DNA of 64,000 nt from the NCBI GenBank assembly GCA_964291395.2, contig OZ219858.1, positions 512,001 through 576,000 on the forward strand. Direction: 5' to 3'. Source of the stretch: Alphaproteobacteria bacterium (GTDB taxonomy: Bacteria > Pseudomonadota > Alphaproteobacteria > UBA2966). Position numbers and translations under genes: made by a program. The notes beneath the pieces were generated by a model. The model was not told the DNA's origin, ran no database searches, and worked only from the letters and a program-made list of their open reading frames with translations. Below are positions 47,081 to 56,621 of this stretch, in pieces. Each line of letters opens with the position of its first letter. Position 1 is the first letter of the stretch.

Positions 47081-47292
47081 CGCGACCTCCATCCGCTGTC
47101 CCGCGTCGCCCGTTCAGCGTATCACGGACAGTACATACCGGCCATGCGGACATCGTGCTCGTATCGGCATTGAGCTTGGCGCGGGCCGACGCTTTTGTGG
47201 CATCCTTCACGTCGACGTCTCCAATAAAACGACGATGCGGGATTCTTCGTCCCGCACCGGACTTCAGGATTGCTTCGGACTAGGGGTAGGGG

Positions 47293-49311
47293 ATGGACCA
47301 ACTCGGTCTTCTGGAACTGATACGCGAGGCCTTGATCGCAGTGGTGCACGAAATGCGCGCCAACGTGATTCACTCGTCGTATTCCTCCGTCATCTACGAG
47401 GGTCACGACTTTTCCTGTGCTCTGCTGACGGCCGATGGTCGCCATGTCGCGCAATCGGATGGCGATACGCCCATCCACATCATCGCCGTGCCCTATTCGA
47501 CTCGGGTGGTGATCGAAACCTTCGAGGACGACATCCACGAAGGCGACGTATTCCTGCACAACGACCCCTATACGGGCGGCACCCACCTCAACGACATCCT
47601 GATGCTGCACCCCGTCTTCAGCGGCGGGAAACTCGTCCTCTTCGCGGCCATTCGCTATCACTGGGCCGACGTCGGCGGCATGACCGCGGGGTCGCTGTCG
47701 GGTCAGGCCAGGGAGATCTATCAGGAGGGGATGCGCATCACGCCGACCCGCATTTGCGATAAGGGCGAGATGAACGAGACGTTCCTGCGTCTGCTGGTCG
47801 AGAACATGCGCCTGCCGGCCGAGCGCATGGGCGATTTCAACGCCATGCACGGCACGGGCCGCAAGGCCGAGGAACACGTCCAGCGCCTCCTCAGGCGCTT
47901 CGGGCCGGACAATCTGCTCGAGGCCGTCGAGGAGATCCTTCAACGCTCCGAAGACGTCATGCGGCGGCGCATCCGGGAACTCGAGGACGGTGACTACTAT
48001 GCGGAAGGATATATCGAATCGGACGGCGTGAGTTCCGCGCCCCTGGTGGGCCGCCTCAAACTGACGATCGAGGGCGAGGAGATGATCGCCGATTTCTCCG
48101 GAACGTCCGCGCAGGCCGCGGGGCCGACCAACGTGGGCCCGTCGATGACGCTGACTTCCCTCGGCGCCATCACGAAGGCGTTTCTCGACCCCCATACGCC
48201 GATCAATCACGGCTCGTTCGAGCCGATCACCATCATCGCGCCGGAAAGGACCATCGTGAATGCCCGGCACCCGGCGCCCTGCGGCGGCATGGTCGAGGTG
48301 AAGGCCCTCATGGACACCCTGGTGGCCACGGTCCTCGGTCAGGCCGTTCCGGAGATGAAGGTCGGCGATCTCAAGGGCGGCGCGAACCATATCTACACGA
48401 CGGGCCGGTATCCGGATCGGGACGGCATCTTCATCCTCTACGAATGGCCGTCCGGCGGTACCGGTGCGTCGGACGGCGTCGACGGCAACAACTGTGTGCG
48501 CCAGTACAACGAGGGCGATTTCAATTCGATCCACGCCATCGAGGTGGTGGAGAGCCAATACCCCTTGCGCGTCGAGCGTTCGGAACTGCGCGTCGGTTCC
48601 TGCGGTGACGGCAAGTTTCGAGGGGGACTGGGGCTGCGAAGGGATCTTCGCCTGCTGAGTCCGTCCGGCGCTCTCTCCGTCCTGACCGACAAGTGCACCA
48701 TCCCGCCGATCGGCGTTCACGGCGCCGCGAACGGGGCCGCCAACAACTTCGTCGTGGTTCGCGGCGACGAAATCGTCCAACCGTCCCCCATTCCGGGGAA
48801 GGTCTCCGGGTTTCCGCTGCGCGAAGGCGATATCGTGCGCTACGAATCGGCGGGCGGCGGAGGCTATGGAGACCCGCTCGAGCGGGACCCGCGGCAGGTC
48901 GCCCGCGACGCTCGTCTGGGCTACATCACGGCGCACATCGCCGATATCCGCTACGGCGTCGTTCTGGACGGCGGCGGCGCGGTGGACGACGGGGCGACAA
49001 ACCGCCGTCGCAAGGAGCTGCGGGACGCCCGCCTCCATCTGACGCTGGAGGCGGCGAACGAGGATCGCTACGCGGAGGACCGGCGCATCTTCCGGGTGCC
49101 TTCCGCGATCGCGAACCGGGCCGGAGCGGCCGAGGGCGATCTCGTGGAGATATTCGCGGGCACGGGCCCGCTGGTGCGCGGCTGGGTCGAGCTCGACGAC
49201 TCGAACGGCGATTCGGCCATGCGTATCGGCCCGGATGCATTTCATCTTCTCGCGGCTGTGCCGGGCGATTCGGTCGAGATTCGTCCCGTACGCCGCGAAC
49301 CGTTGACCTGA
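47293..49311 (+). CDS. Hydantoinase B/5-oxoprolinase-family subunit with extra C-terminal domain
   Basis: EGHDFSCAL, NDPYTGGTHLND, HWADVGG, GGTGA...DG, GDGKFRGGLG, GGGGYGDPLERDP. Confidence 0.92.
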   Translation: MDQLGLLELIREALIAVVHEMRANVIHSSYSSVIYEGHDFSCALLTADGRHVAQSDGDTPIHIIAVPYSTRVVIETFEDDIHEGDVFLHNDPYTGGTHLNDILMLHPVFSGGKLVLFAAIRYHWADVGGMTAGSLSGQAREIYQEGMRITPTRICDKGEMNETFLRLLVENMRLPAERMGDFNAMHGTGRKAEEHVQRLLRRFGPDNLLEAVEEILQRSEDVMRRRIRELEDGDYYAEGYIESDGVSSAPLVGRLKLTIEGEEMIADFSGTSAQAAGPTNVGPSMTLTSLGAITKAFLDPHTPINHGSFEPITIIAPERTIVNARHPAPCGGMVEVKALMDTLVATVLGQAVPEMKVGDLKGGANHIYTTGRYPDRDGIFILYEWPSGGTGASDGVDGNNCVRQYNEGDFNSIHAIEVVESQYPLRVERSELRVGSCGDGKFRGGLGLRRDLRLLSPSGALSVLTDKCTIPPIGVHGAANGAANNFVVVRGDEIVQPSPIPGKVSGFPLREGDIVRYESAGGGGYGDPLERDPRQVARDARLGYITAHIADIRYGVVLDGGGAVDDGATNRRRKELRDARLHLTLEAANEDRYAEDRRIFRVPSAIANRAGAAEGDLVEIFAGTGPLVRGWVELDDSNGDSAMRIGPDAFHLLAAVPGDSVEIRPVRREPLT

Positions 49312-49334
49312 GCGTGGTCGGGGAGGAGGATCGT

Positions 49335-51383
49335 GTGACCGTTCAAAACTATCTCGTCGGAATCGACGTCGGTGGAACCTTCACCGACGTTCTTTGCTAT
49401 GACCTCGCGGAAGAGCGGTTTCTGTCCGCCAAGGTGCCTTCACTCCCCGGTGAGCAATGGCGTGGCGTGCTGGATGCGCTCGAAGCGCTCGGCATCAAGC
49501 ACGGAGCCATCGTCGCGTTCGTGCACGGCACCACCATCGCCACGAACGCGCTGCTCGAGCGCAAGGGTGCGAAGACCGGATTGGTCACCACCGAGGGATT
49601 TCGCGACGTGCTCGAGATCGGCAAATGCCGGCGCCTGATCGGCGGGTTGTTCAACATCAAGTTCGTCCGTCCCGCACCACTGGTGAGCCGCGACATTCGC
49701 CTCGAGGTTCCGGAGCGGGTCACGGCCGACGGCGAAATCCTGCGGCCGGTCGCGGGCATCGACTTCTCCGAGGTCGTCGAGAAATTCAACGCGGAAGAGG
49801 TCGAGGCGGTCGCGGTCTGTTTCCTGAATTCCTACGTGAACGAGGAGAACGAACGGGCGGCGGAGGCGGCGTTGTCGAAACTGATGAACGGTACGCACAT
49901 CTGCACGTCTTCGGGAGTGGTGCGCGAGCGTGGAGAGTTCGAGCGTTTCTCCACCGCCGTGCTGAACGCCTATCTGACCCCCAATTTCATCGACTATCTC
50001 GATACCCTCGCCAATGAGCTCGAAGGGCGCGGCGTTTCGGCGCCCGTCAACATCATGGGGTCGAACGGCGGCGCCATGACCCTCGAGAAGGCGCGCGAGT
50101 TCGTGGTCAACACGTTCCTGTCGGGCCCGGTGGGCGGCGTCAGCGGCGCGGTGCGGGTCTCCGAGCTCGCGGACCAGCACAATGTCATCACCTTCGACAT
50201 GGGAGGCACCAGCACCGACGTGGCGCTGGTCTCCGATCTCAGCCCGCGCATCTCGCACGCCAACCAGATCGACGCCTACCCGCTCCAGGTCCCGCAGCTC
50301 GACATGCATTCCATCGGTGCCGGCGGAGGCAGCATCATCTGGGTGCGGCCGGACGGCACTCTCGAAGTCGGCCCCCAAAGCGCCGGCGCGGTCCCCGGCC
50401 CGGCCTGCTATCAGCGGGGCGGCACCGATCCCACGATCTCGGACGCCAATCTGTTGATGGGACGACTGCCGACCGAGCGTAAGCTGTCGGGTGGACTCGT
50501 GCTGTCCTACGATCTGGCGGAAAAGGCCTTCCAGGACGTCGCGGAGAAGCTCGGGGCCGCCGACGCCGATCCGGTCAGGCTCGCCGACTCGGTCCTGCGC
50601 ATCGCCGTCGCGAAGATGGCGGGCGCCGTGCGCGAAGTTTCCGTGCACCGCGGCTACGACCCCCGCGACTTCACCATGGTCGGATTCGGCGGCGCCGGTC
50701 CGATGCATGTCTTCCTCGTCGCCGAGGAACTCGGCATCGCCAATGTGATCGTTCCGCGTTTCCCGGGTCACCTCTCGGCGCTCGGCCAATTGCTGGCCGA
50801 CCAGCGCCGCGACTACGCCGACCCTTTCAAGGGGCGGCTTCGCGAGATCGATCCGGACGAACTGCGGGACCGTTTCGAGGCGCTGCGCAAGGCCGGTGCG
50901 AGCGAGCTCGACGGCAACGGGTTCGGCCCCGACCGTCAGGAGTTCGAATATATCTGCGACATGCGGTATGTCGGCCAGTCGTTCACCCTGCGCATCCCCT
51001 GGCGGCCGGATTGGACGTCGAACGAGCCGCTTCGCGATGCCTTCAACGAACGGCACGAACGGACGTTTGGCTACGCCGACAAGGAGAACGACGCCGAAAT
51101 CAACACCATCCGATTGACGGCGACCGGTATGGTCGACAAGACCGAGCTCAGCTTCGAACCCGAGTCTACCGGCGACCCGCTGCTCGAGAAACGCCGGGCC
51201 TGGTTCAACGGCGAGTGGATCGATTGCCCGATCTACGACCGGGCGTGCATGCGGTCCGGATACGAGTTCGCGGGTCCCGGCATCGTCGAAGAGGCGGGAG
51301 GAACGTCGATCGTGCCGCCCGGTTGGCGCGTACGCCTCCATGACTCGGGCGCCCTGGTCTGTGAATATAGGGACGAGGGCTGA
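49335..51383 (+). CDS. Hydantoinase A/5-oxoprolinase-family ATP-binding subunit
   Basis: GIDVGGTFTD, HGTTIATNALLERKG, LSGPVGG, DMGGTSTD, GAGGGS, SAGAVPGPACY, FGGAGPMH. GTG start after GGAGG. Confidence 0.93.
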   Translation: MTVQNYLVGIDVGGTFTDVLCYDLAEERFLSAKVPSLPGEQWRGVLDALEALGIKHGAIVAFVHGTTIATNALLERKGAKTGLVTTEGFRDVLEIGKCRRLIGGLFNIKFVRPAPLVSRDIRLEVPERVTADGEILRPVAGIDFSEVVEKFNAEEVEAVAVCFLNSYVNEENERAAEAALSKLMNGTHICTSSGVVRERGEFERFSTAVLNAYLTPNFIDYLDTLANELEGRGVSAPVNIMGSNGGAMTLEKAREFVVNTFLSGPVGGVSGAVRVSELADQHNVITFDMGGTSTDVALVSDLSPRISHANQIDAYPLQVPQLDMHSIGAGGGSIIWVRPDGTLEVGPQSAGAVPGPACYQRGGTDPTISDANLLMGRLPTERKLSGGLVLSYDLAEKAFQDVAEKLGAADADPVRLADSVLRIAVAKMAGAVREVSVHRGYDPRDFTMVGFGGAGPMHVFLVAEELGIANVIVPRFPGHLSALGQLLADQRRDYADPFKGRLREIDPDELRDRFEALRKAGASELDGNGFGPDRQEFEYICDMRYVGQSFTLRIPWRPDWTSNEPLRDAFNERHERTFGYADKENDAEINTIRLTATGMVDKTELSFEPESTGDPLLEKRRAWFNGEWIDCPIYDRACMRSGYEFAGPGIVEEAGGTSIVPPGWRVRLHDSGALVCEYRDEG

Positions 51384-51430
51384 ACCGCACCTGTTCACCG
51401 TTGCTACCGGCGACGGGAAGGAGTGAACCG

Positions 51431-52792
51431 ATGAGCCAAACCGAAACGACCGCCGGGCAAGCCACGGACCAGCCCGGCCCACGCAGCATGAAGGAGTACT
51501 ACGAGATCGCCGAGCAGGTGCTGCCCGGCGCGGGTCTTGCCATCTACTCCAATCCGGACGACATCCGCTTCGTCGTCCACAAAGGGGAGGGCGCCAGACT
51601 CCAGGACGTCGACGGGAAGTGGTACGTCGACTATTCGATGGCGGCGTCCGTCAACATCCTGGGCCACGCCCACCCGGCGATCGCGAGTGCGATGAGCGAT
51701 CAGCTCACGCGGGGGCACCTCCACTTTGGCAACCTCAATGTCCCGGTGATCGAACTCGCCAAGGAGCTCGTCGATGCCATCCCCTGCGCCGAGATGGTGG
51801 TGTTCGGCTCCACGGGTTCCGAGGCGAACGCCTATGCGCTGCGGCTCGCACGTGCCTTCACGGGTCGCGACAAGGTCATGAAGTTCGAAGGCGCCTACCA
51901 CGGGGCCCACGACTATTCGGCGATCAGCACGTTCGGCGGCGGGGCCACCGGCATGCCCCACATCGCCAACTTCCCCCAGGGCGTCGCCGACGGTGCCGGC
52001 ATCCCGCAGGCCGTGCAGGACACGGTTCTCGTCGCACCCTTCAACGATCTCGAAGCGGTGCGCAGGATCATGGAGGAGCACGCCGGCGAGATCGCGGCCC
52101 TGACCACGGAGCTCGTGCAGCGCAACATTCCGCCGCATCCCGACTTCCACCAAGGTCTGCGCGACCTCTGCGACGAGTTCGACATCCTGCTCATCTACGA
52201 CGAGGTGGTCTCGGGCTTCCGCATGTCCTATGGCGGCGGCCAGCAGTACTACGGGGTGACGCCCGATCTCGCGGCGTACGGCAAGATCATCGGCGGGGGC
52301 GCGGCCCTGGCCGCGGTCGCCGGGCGGGCGGAGATCATCGCTCAGGCGAACCCGCGCCGCCGCGGCGAGGACGACTACGTGTTCGTCAACGGCACCCACT
52401 GCGGCAACCCTCTGGCCGCGGCTGCCGGTCTCGCCTGCCTGCGCGAGCTCAAGAAGCCCGGCACCTACGACTGGTTGAACGGCCAGGCCGAGAAGATGCG
52501 CCAGGAGGCCCAGAAGGTGTTCGACCGGCACGACATGCCGATCCTCTCCTACGGGGTCGCTTCCTACTGGAACATCCTGTTCCGCGATGCCCCGCCCCGG
52601 AATCAGGCGGACATGGACGCCACCGGCGACCTGAAGGCGAGCAAGGAGTTCGATCTCGAGCTCGTTCGCCAGGGCGTCTACGTCCTGCCCATCAACCGGC
52701 GCTATTTCTCGCTCGCCCACGACGACGGGATTCTGGAAGAGAGCCTGCGGCGGCTCGACGCGGCCTGCCGCGTCTGGACGGCCAGGCACTAG
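51431..52792 (+). CDS. Class III aminotransferase (glutamate-1-semialdehyde aminomutase-like)
   Basis: DVDGKWYVDY, ILGHAHP, TGSEA, KFEGAYHG, DEVVSGFR, GKIIGGG, GTHCGNP. Confidence 0.9.
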   Translation: MSQTETTAGQATDQPGPRSMKEYYEIAEQVLPGAGLAIYSNPDDIRFVVHKGEGARLQDVDGKWYVDYSMAASVNILGHAHPAIASAMSDQLTRGHLHFGNLNVPVIELAKELVDAIPCAEMVVFGSTGSEANAYALRLARAFTGRDKVMKFEGAYHGAHDYSAISTFGGGATGMPHIANFPQGVADGAGIPQAVQDTVLVAPFNDLEAVRRIMEEHAGEIAALTTELVQRNIPPHPDFHQGLRDLCDEFDILLIYDEVVSGFRMSYGGGQQYYGVTPDLAAYGKIIGGGAALAAVAGRAEIIAQANPRRRGEDDYVFVNGTHCGNPLAAAAGLACLRELKKPGTYDWLNGQAEKMRQEAQKVFDRHDMPILSYGVASYWNILFRDAPPRNQADMDATGDLKASKEFDLELVRQGVYVLPINRRYFSLAHDDGILEESLRRLDAACRVWTARH

Positions 52793-52804
52793 AGGACTTC
52801 GCCG

Positions 52805-53542
52805 ATGGCCGGACCGCCGATCGATGCGGCCGGCCGCCTCATCGTCGCGCTCGACGTTCCCACCGTCGCGGAGGCGCGCGAGATCGTGCGCACGCTCGAC
52901 GGCGCCGTCACGTTCTACAAGGTCGGCCTGCACCTCCAGTGGGACGGCGACGTCCAGCCCTTCATCCGGGAACTGCTCGGGGCCGGTCGACGGGTCTTCG
53001 TCGACTACAAGTACGCCGACATCGGAGCGACCATGCGGGGCGGCGTGGCCGGCGCGAGCCGGATTGGGGCGACCTTCCTGACCATCCAGGGCAGCGGCGA
53101 GGCGACCGGCGAGGCGATCGACGCCGCCCTGAAGGGGCGCGGCGACAGGGCGTTCCCGAAGCTCCTGCTCGTGACGGTCCTGACCAGTGTCGACGATGCC
53201 GACGTGGCGGCCCTCGGCCGTCACCGGACGGTGGCCGGACTCGCCGTGGAACGGGCCGAGCGCGCCGCGGACGCCGGTCTGGATGGCGTCATCGCGTCCG
53301 GGCACGAGGCGGCGGCGATCCGGGCGGTGGTGCCCGAAGGCTTCATCATCGTCACCCCGGGCGTGCGGCCGGCGTCAGCGGCCAGTGACGATCAGAAGCG
53401 CATCGTGACCCCTGCCGCGGCCATTGCCGCGGGGGCCGACTACCTCGTGGTCGGTCGGCCGATCATCGCCCACGACGACCGGCGCGCTGCCGCCGAAGCC
53501 ATCATCGCCGAGATGCGGCCGGCCTTCGAAGCGCCCACCTGA
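52805..53542 (+). CDS. pyrF: Orotidine-5'-phosphate decarboxylase
   Basis: LIVALD, YKVG, DYKYADIGAT (DxKxxD), VTVLTS, VTPGVRP, DDQKR, LVVGRPI. Confidence 0.93.
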   Translation: MAGPPIDAAGRLIVALDVPTVAEAREIVRTLDGAVTFYKVGLHLQWDGDVQPFIRELLGAGRRVFVDYKYADIGATMRGGVAGASRIGATFLTIQGSGEATGEAIDAALKGRGDRAFPKLLLVTVLTSVDDADVAALGRHRTVAGLAVERAERAADAGLDGVIASGHEAAAIRAVVPEGFIIVTPGVRPASAASDDQKRIVTPAAAIAAGADYLVVGRPIIAHDDRRAAAEAIIAEMRPAFEAPT

Positions 53543-53635
53543 AATCGGTGGAGAACGGTTTTGCTTTGGGCAATCGCGCCACTATGATGCCGCCGCGCTC
53601 TCCGTGTGCGGTGGGCAGGTCACGCCGGCAGTCTC

Positions 53636-54859
53636 ATGAACCGTATTCTCGAAGGCCTCCGCATCGTCGAAGGCTCCGCTTTCGTCGCGGCCCCGCTCGG
53701 CGGCATGACCCTGGCCCAGATGGGCGCCGACGTGATTCGCTTCGACCCCGTCGGCGGCGGCCTCGACTGGAATCGCTGGCCGGTCACCGACGACGGGGTC
53801 TCGCTCTACTGGGTCGGACTGAACAAGGGCAAGCGCTCGGTCGCCATCAACCTGCGGGAGGAGGAAGGGCGAGAGTTGGCGCGCTCGTTGATCACGGCGC
53901 CCGGCGAGAACGGCGGGCTGTTTCTGACGAATTTCCCGCCCTCGGGCTGGCTCGCCTATGACAGGCTCAAAGAGGAGCGCGACGACCTCATCGTCATGAA
54001 CATCCTGGGTCACAACGACGGATCGTCCGCCGTCGACTATACCGTCAACTGCGCCGTCGGATACCCGTATGCCACGGGAAGCGCCCATCGCGACGCGCCG
54101 GTCAATCACGTCTTTCCGGGCTGGGACGCGGTGTGCGGCGTCACCGCGGCCGCCGGCCTCCTCGCCGCCGAGCGGCATCGCCGCCTGACCGGAGAGGGCC
54201 AATACGTCAGTTTGGCGCTCTCCGACGTGGCCTACGGGATGGTCGGAAATTTCGGGCACATCGCGGAAGCCCAGATCAAGAAGGAGGTCCGTCCGCCTTA
54301 CGGCAACGACCTCTACGGCGCCTACGGGCGCGACTTCGGGACGCGCGACGGCAAACGCATCATGATCGTCGCGATCACTCCCCGGCAATGGACCGAGTTG
54401 GTGAAGGTCGTGGGCATCCAGGAGAAGGTGGCGCACATCGAGGCCCTCATGGACCGGGACCTGAGCAGGGAGGGGGACCGGTTCGAGGCGCGCGACGCCA
54501 TCAGCGCCGTGGTCCGGCCATGGGTCGAGGCACGCACCCTGGCAGAGGTCGAGGCGGCCTTCGACGGCACCGGCGTCTGCTGGGGGCTCTATCGGGATTT
54601 CGTCGAGATGGTTGAGAACGATCCGCGATGCTCGCCGGCCAACCCCATGTTCGAGGAGCTCGAGCAGCCGGGAGTCGGGCGTTATCTCGTGCCGGGCTCG
54701 CCGCTGTGTTTCGGGGCATCGCCCCGCGTGCCCGTCAAGCCCGCGCCGCGGCTCGGCGAGAACACCGACGAGGTTCTGGCCTCGATTCTGGGACTCGGCG
54801 ATGGCCACATCGGCGATCTGCACGATCGCGGAATCATCGCCGGCCCAACCAACGAATAG
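53636..54859 (+). CDS. mct: Mesaconyl-CoA C1-C4 CoA transferase (2-methylfumaryl-CoA isomerase), CoA-transferase family III
   Basis: N-terminus LRIVEGSAFVAAPLGGMTLAQMGADVIRFDP.GGGLD..RWP...LNKGKRS, LITAPG..GGLFLTNFP, VDYTVN and WD closely match my recollection of Chloroflexus Mct. Confidence 0.85.
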   Translation: MNRILEGLRIVEGSAFVAAPLGGMTLAQMGADVIRFDPVGGGLDWNRWPVTDDGVSLYWVGLNKGKRSVAINLREEEGRELARSLITAPGENGGLFLTNFPPSGWLAYDRLKEERDDLIVMNILGHNDGSSAVDYTVNCAVGYPYATGSAHRDAPVNHVFPGWDAVCGVTAAAGLLAAERHRRLTGEGQYVSLALSDVAYGMVGNFGHIAEAQIKKEVRPPYGNDLYGAYGRDFGTRDGKRIMIVAITPRQWTELVKVVGIQEKVAHIEALMDRDLSREGDRFEARDAISAVVRPWVEARTLAEVEAAFDGTGVCWGLYRDFVEMVENDPRCSPANPMFEELEQPGVGRYLVPGSPLCFGASPRVPVKPAPRLGENTDEVLASILGLGDGHIGDLHDRGIIAGPTNE

Positions 54860-54862
54860 GAC

Positions 54863-55720
54863 ATGACCATGAGCGTCGCGGAGACGCCCTATACCGATTG
54901 GATCGGGAACACCCAGGCGATCGAGGACTACATCTCGCCCACCCCGGTCCGCCTCCTGCAGATGACCCTCGACGATACGGAGGCCACGCTCCGGGACGGG
55001 GATTCGCTGCCGCCGATCTGGCACTGGTGCTATTTCCTCGAGGCCGCGCCCCAATCGACCCTTGGTCCGGACGGCCATGCGCCCCGCGGCGGTTTTCTGC
55101 CGCCCGTGGCGCTGCCCCGCCGTATGTTCGCCGGCGGGCGGTTGAAATTCCCGGCGCCGCTTCGCATCGGCGCATCGGCGCGCCAGACCGCCGAGATCAA
55201 GAGCGTCGTCGAGAAGGAGGGCCGGTCGGGACGGCTCTGCTTCGTCACCGTGCTCTACACCACGGAACAGGATGGCACGGTCTGCATCGAGGAGGAGCGC
55301 GACTTCGTCTACCGCGAGGAGGGCGCGCCGCTGTCCGCACCGGAACCGGTCGAGCTGCCCGGCGTGCCCGAAGGGGCGTGGTCGCGCACCGTGACGCCGG
55401 ATCCGGTGATGCTGTTCCGCTATTCGGCGCTGACCTTCAACGGACATCGCATCCATTACGACCAGCCGTACGTCACGCAGGTCGAGCATTACCCGGGCCT
55501 GATCGTCCACGGTCCCTTGATCGCGACCCTGCTGCTCGAGGTGGTGCGCCTCAATCAGGACCGGCCCGTGGCGGCCTTCTCCTTCCAGGCGCGGGCGCCC
55601 CTCTTCGACCTGGCGCCGTTCCGTGTCGTCGCGACGCCGGGCGGGGGCGACGACGTCGACCTCAAGGCCGAAGGACCGGATGGCACGCTCAGCATGCAGG
55701 CCACCGCGACGCTGGGGTAA
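54863..55720 (+). CDS. meh: Mesaconyl-C4-CoA hydratase-like double hot-dog protein
   Basis: LPPIWHWCYF, DGH..RGGFLPPV.LPRRMFAGG, LFRYSALTFNGHRIHYD, VHGPL; directly after mct. Confidence 0.75.
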   Translation: MTMSVAETPYTDWIGNTQAIEDYISPTPVRLLQMTLDDTEATLRDGDSLPPIWHWCYFLEAAPQSTLGPDGHAPRGGFLPPVALPRRMFAGGRLKFPAPLRIGASARQTAEIKSVVEKEGRSGRLCFVTVLYTTEQDGTVCIEEERDFVYREEGAPLSAPEPVELPGVPEGAWSRTVTPDPVMLFRYSALTFNGHRIHYDQPYVTQVEHYPGLIVHGPLIATLLLEVVRLNQDRPVAAFSFQARAPLFDLAPFRVVATPGGGDDVDLKAEGPDGTLSMQATATLG

Positions 55721-55723
55721 ACG

Positions 55724-56611
55724 CTACTTCTCCTGGCTCTTCGACACCGGGTCGCCGAGCGGGATCTCCATGAGATCCTCGCCGTAATAGAGATTCCCTT
55801 CGTAGATCGCGCCGATCTCCCGCAGCACCTTCTCACGGACCCCCGGCTTGTCGATCTGCGGCAGCACGTGGGTGACCACGAGGCTCTTGGCCTTCGCCTC
55901 CTTGGCCATGCGGGCGATCTCGAGGTGGCCGGCGGAGCCGCGGGCATATTCCCTCGACCGCTCGGTGCCGCTGTAATACGGGCACATGTAGACCAGCACA
56001 TCGGCATTCCGGGCAAGCTTGACCATCGCTTTGCACGGCCCGCAATCGCCTGAATAGGCGAACACCCCCTCCGCGGTCTCCATCCGGAAACCATAGGAGA
56101 TCAGATAGGGCTGAACGTGCGGCACCGACCGTGCCGTGACCCTCCAGCCATCGCCCGTGATGGTCTGGCCGGAGCGGATTTCCGTGACCACGGGCCTGGG
56201 CTTTTTGCGGACGCCCGTCCCGCCCCGGGACTGGTAGACGTCGATCGAGCCCTGGTGCCTGGTCCGTGCCTCGAGGTCGGGTCCGAAGACGCCGTTCTTG
56301 CCGATGAGCGCCCGGGTCATCCGCTTGGTGTGGGGCGGACCGTAGACCACGAGTTCCGGGATCTTCCCGGCTCCCTGGTCCCAACGCGTGAGCAGCAGGC
56401 GGGCGTAGTCGAGACAATGGTCGTAGTGCAGATGGCTGAAGAAGACGTGGGTGATGTCGACGGCCCGCTTGCCCGCTTCCATCATGCGGTGATAGGTGCC
56501 GGGCCCCTGGTCGAACAGAATGATGTCGTCGCCCACCTCCACCATGTAGCCGGAGCTCGCCCGGTGAAGCTGCGGCTTGGGCACGCCGGTGCCCAGCAGG
56601 GTGATCTTCAT
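55724..56611 (-). CDS. MBL-fold metallohydrolase (RNase Z/AtsA-like), paralog A
   Basis: LLGTG.P.P, SHLHYDH, VPH, YSGD, AGH, VTH. Confidence 0.88.
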   Translation of the reverse strand: MKITLLGTGVPKPQLHRASSGYMVEVGDDIILFDQGPGTYHRMMEAGKRAVDITHVFFSHLHYDHCLDYARLLLTRWDQGAGKIPELVVYGPPHTKRMTRALIGKNGVFGPDLEARTRHQGSIDVYQSRGGTGVRKKPRPVVTEIRSGQTITGDGWRVTARSVPHVQPYLISYGFRMETAEGVFAYSGDCGPCKAMVKLARNADVLVYMCPYYSGTERSREYARGSAGHLEIARMAKEAKAKSLVVTHVLPQIDKPGVREKVLREIGAIYEGNLYYGEDLMEIPLGDPVSKSQEK

Positions 56612-56621
56612 GGGGCGCTTC

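Noticed and set aside
48693-51383. 896-aa hydantoinase A
   Set aside because: The first 214 codons overlap hyuB out of frame. The real start is the GTG at 49335 after a GGAGG RBS.
51431-52792. hemL
   Set aside because: GSA-like fold, but divergent motifs and a catabolic context. Alphaproteobacteria generally use ALA synthase.
47122-53388. Long antisense and alternate-frame ORFs (e.g. 47122-49245, 49440-51482, 51404-53305, 51619-53388, and similar ones across the window)
   Set aside because: Shadow ORFs expected in high-GC coding DNA. They carry no motifs and overlap well-supported genes.
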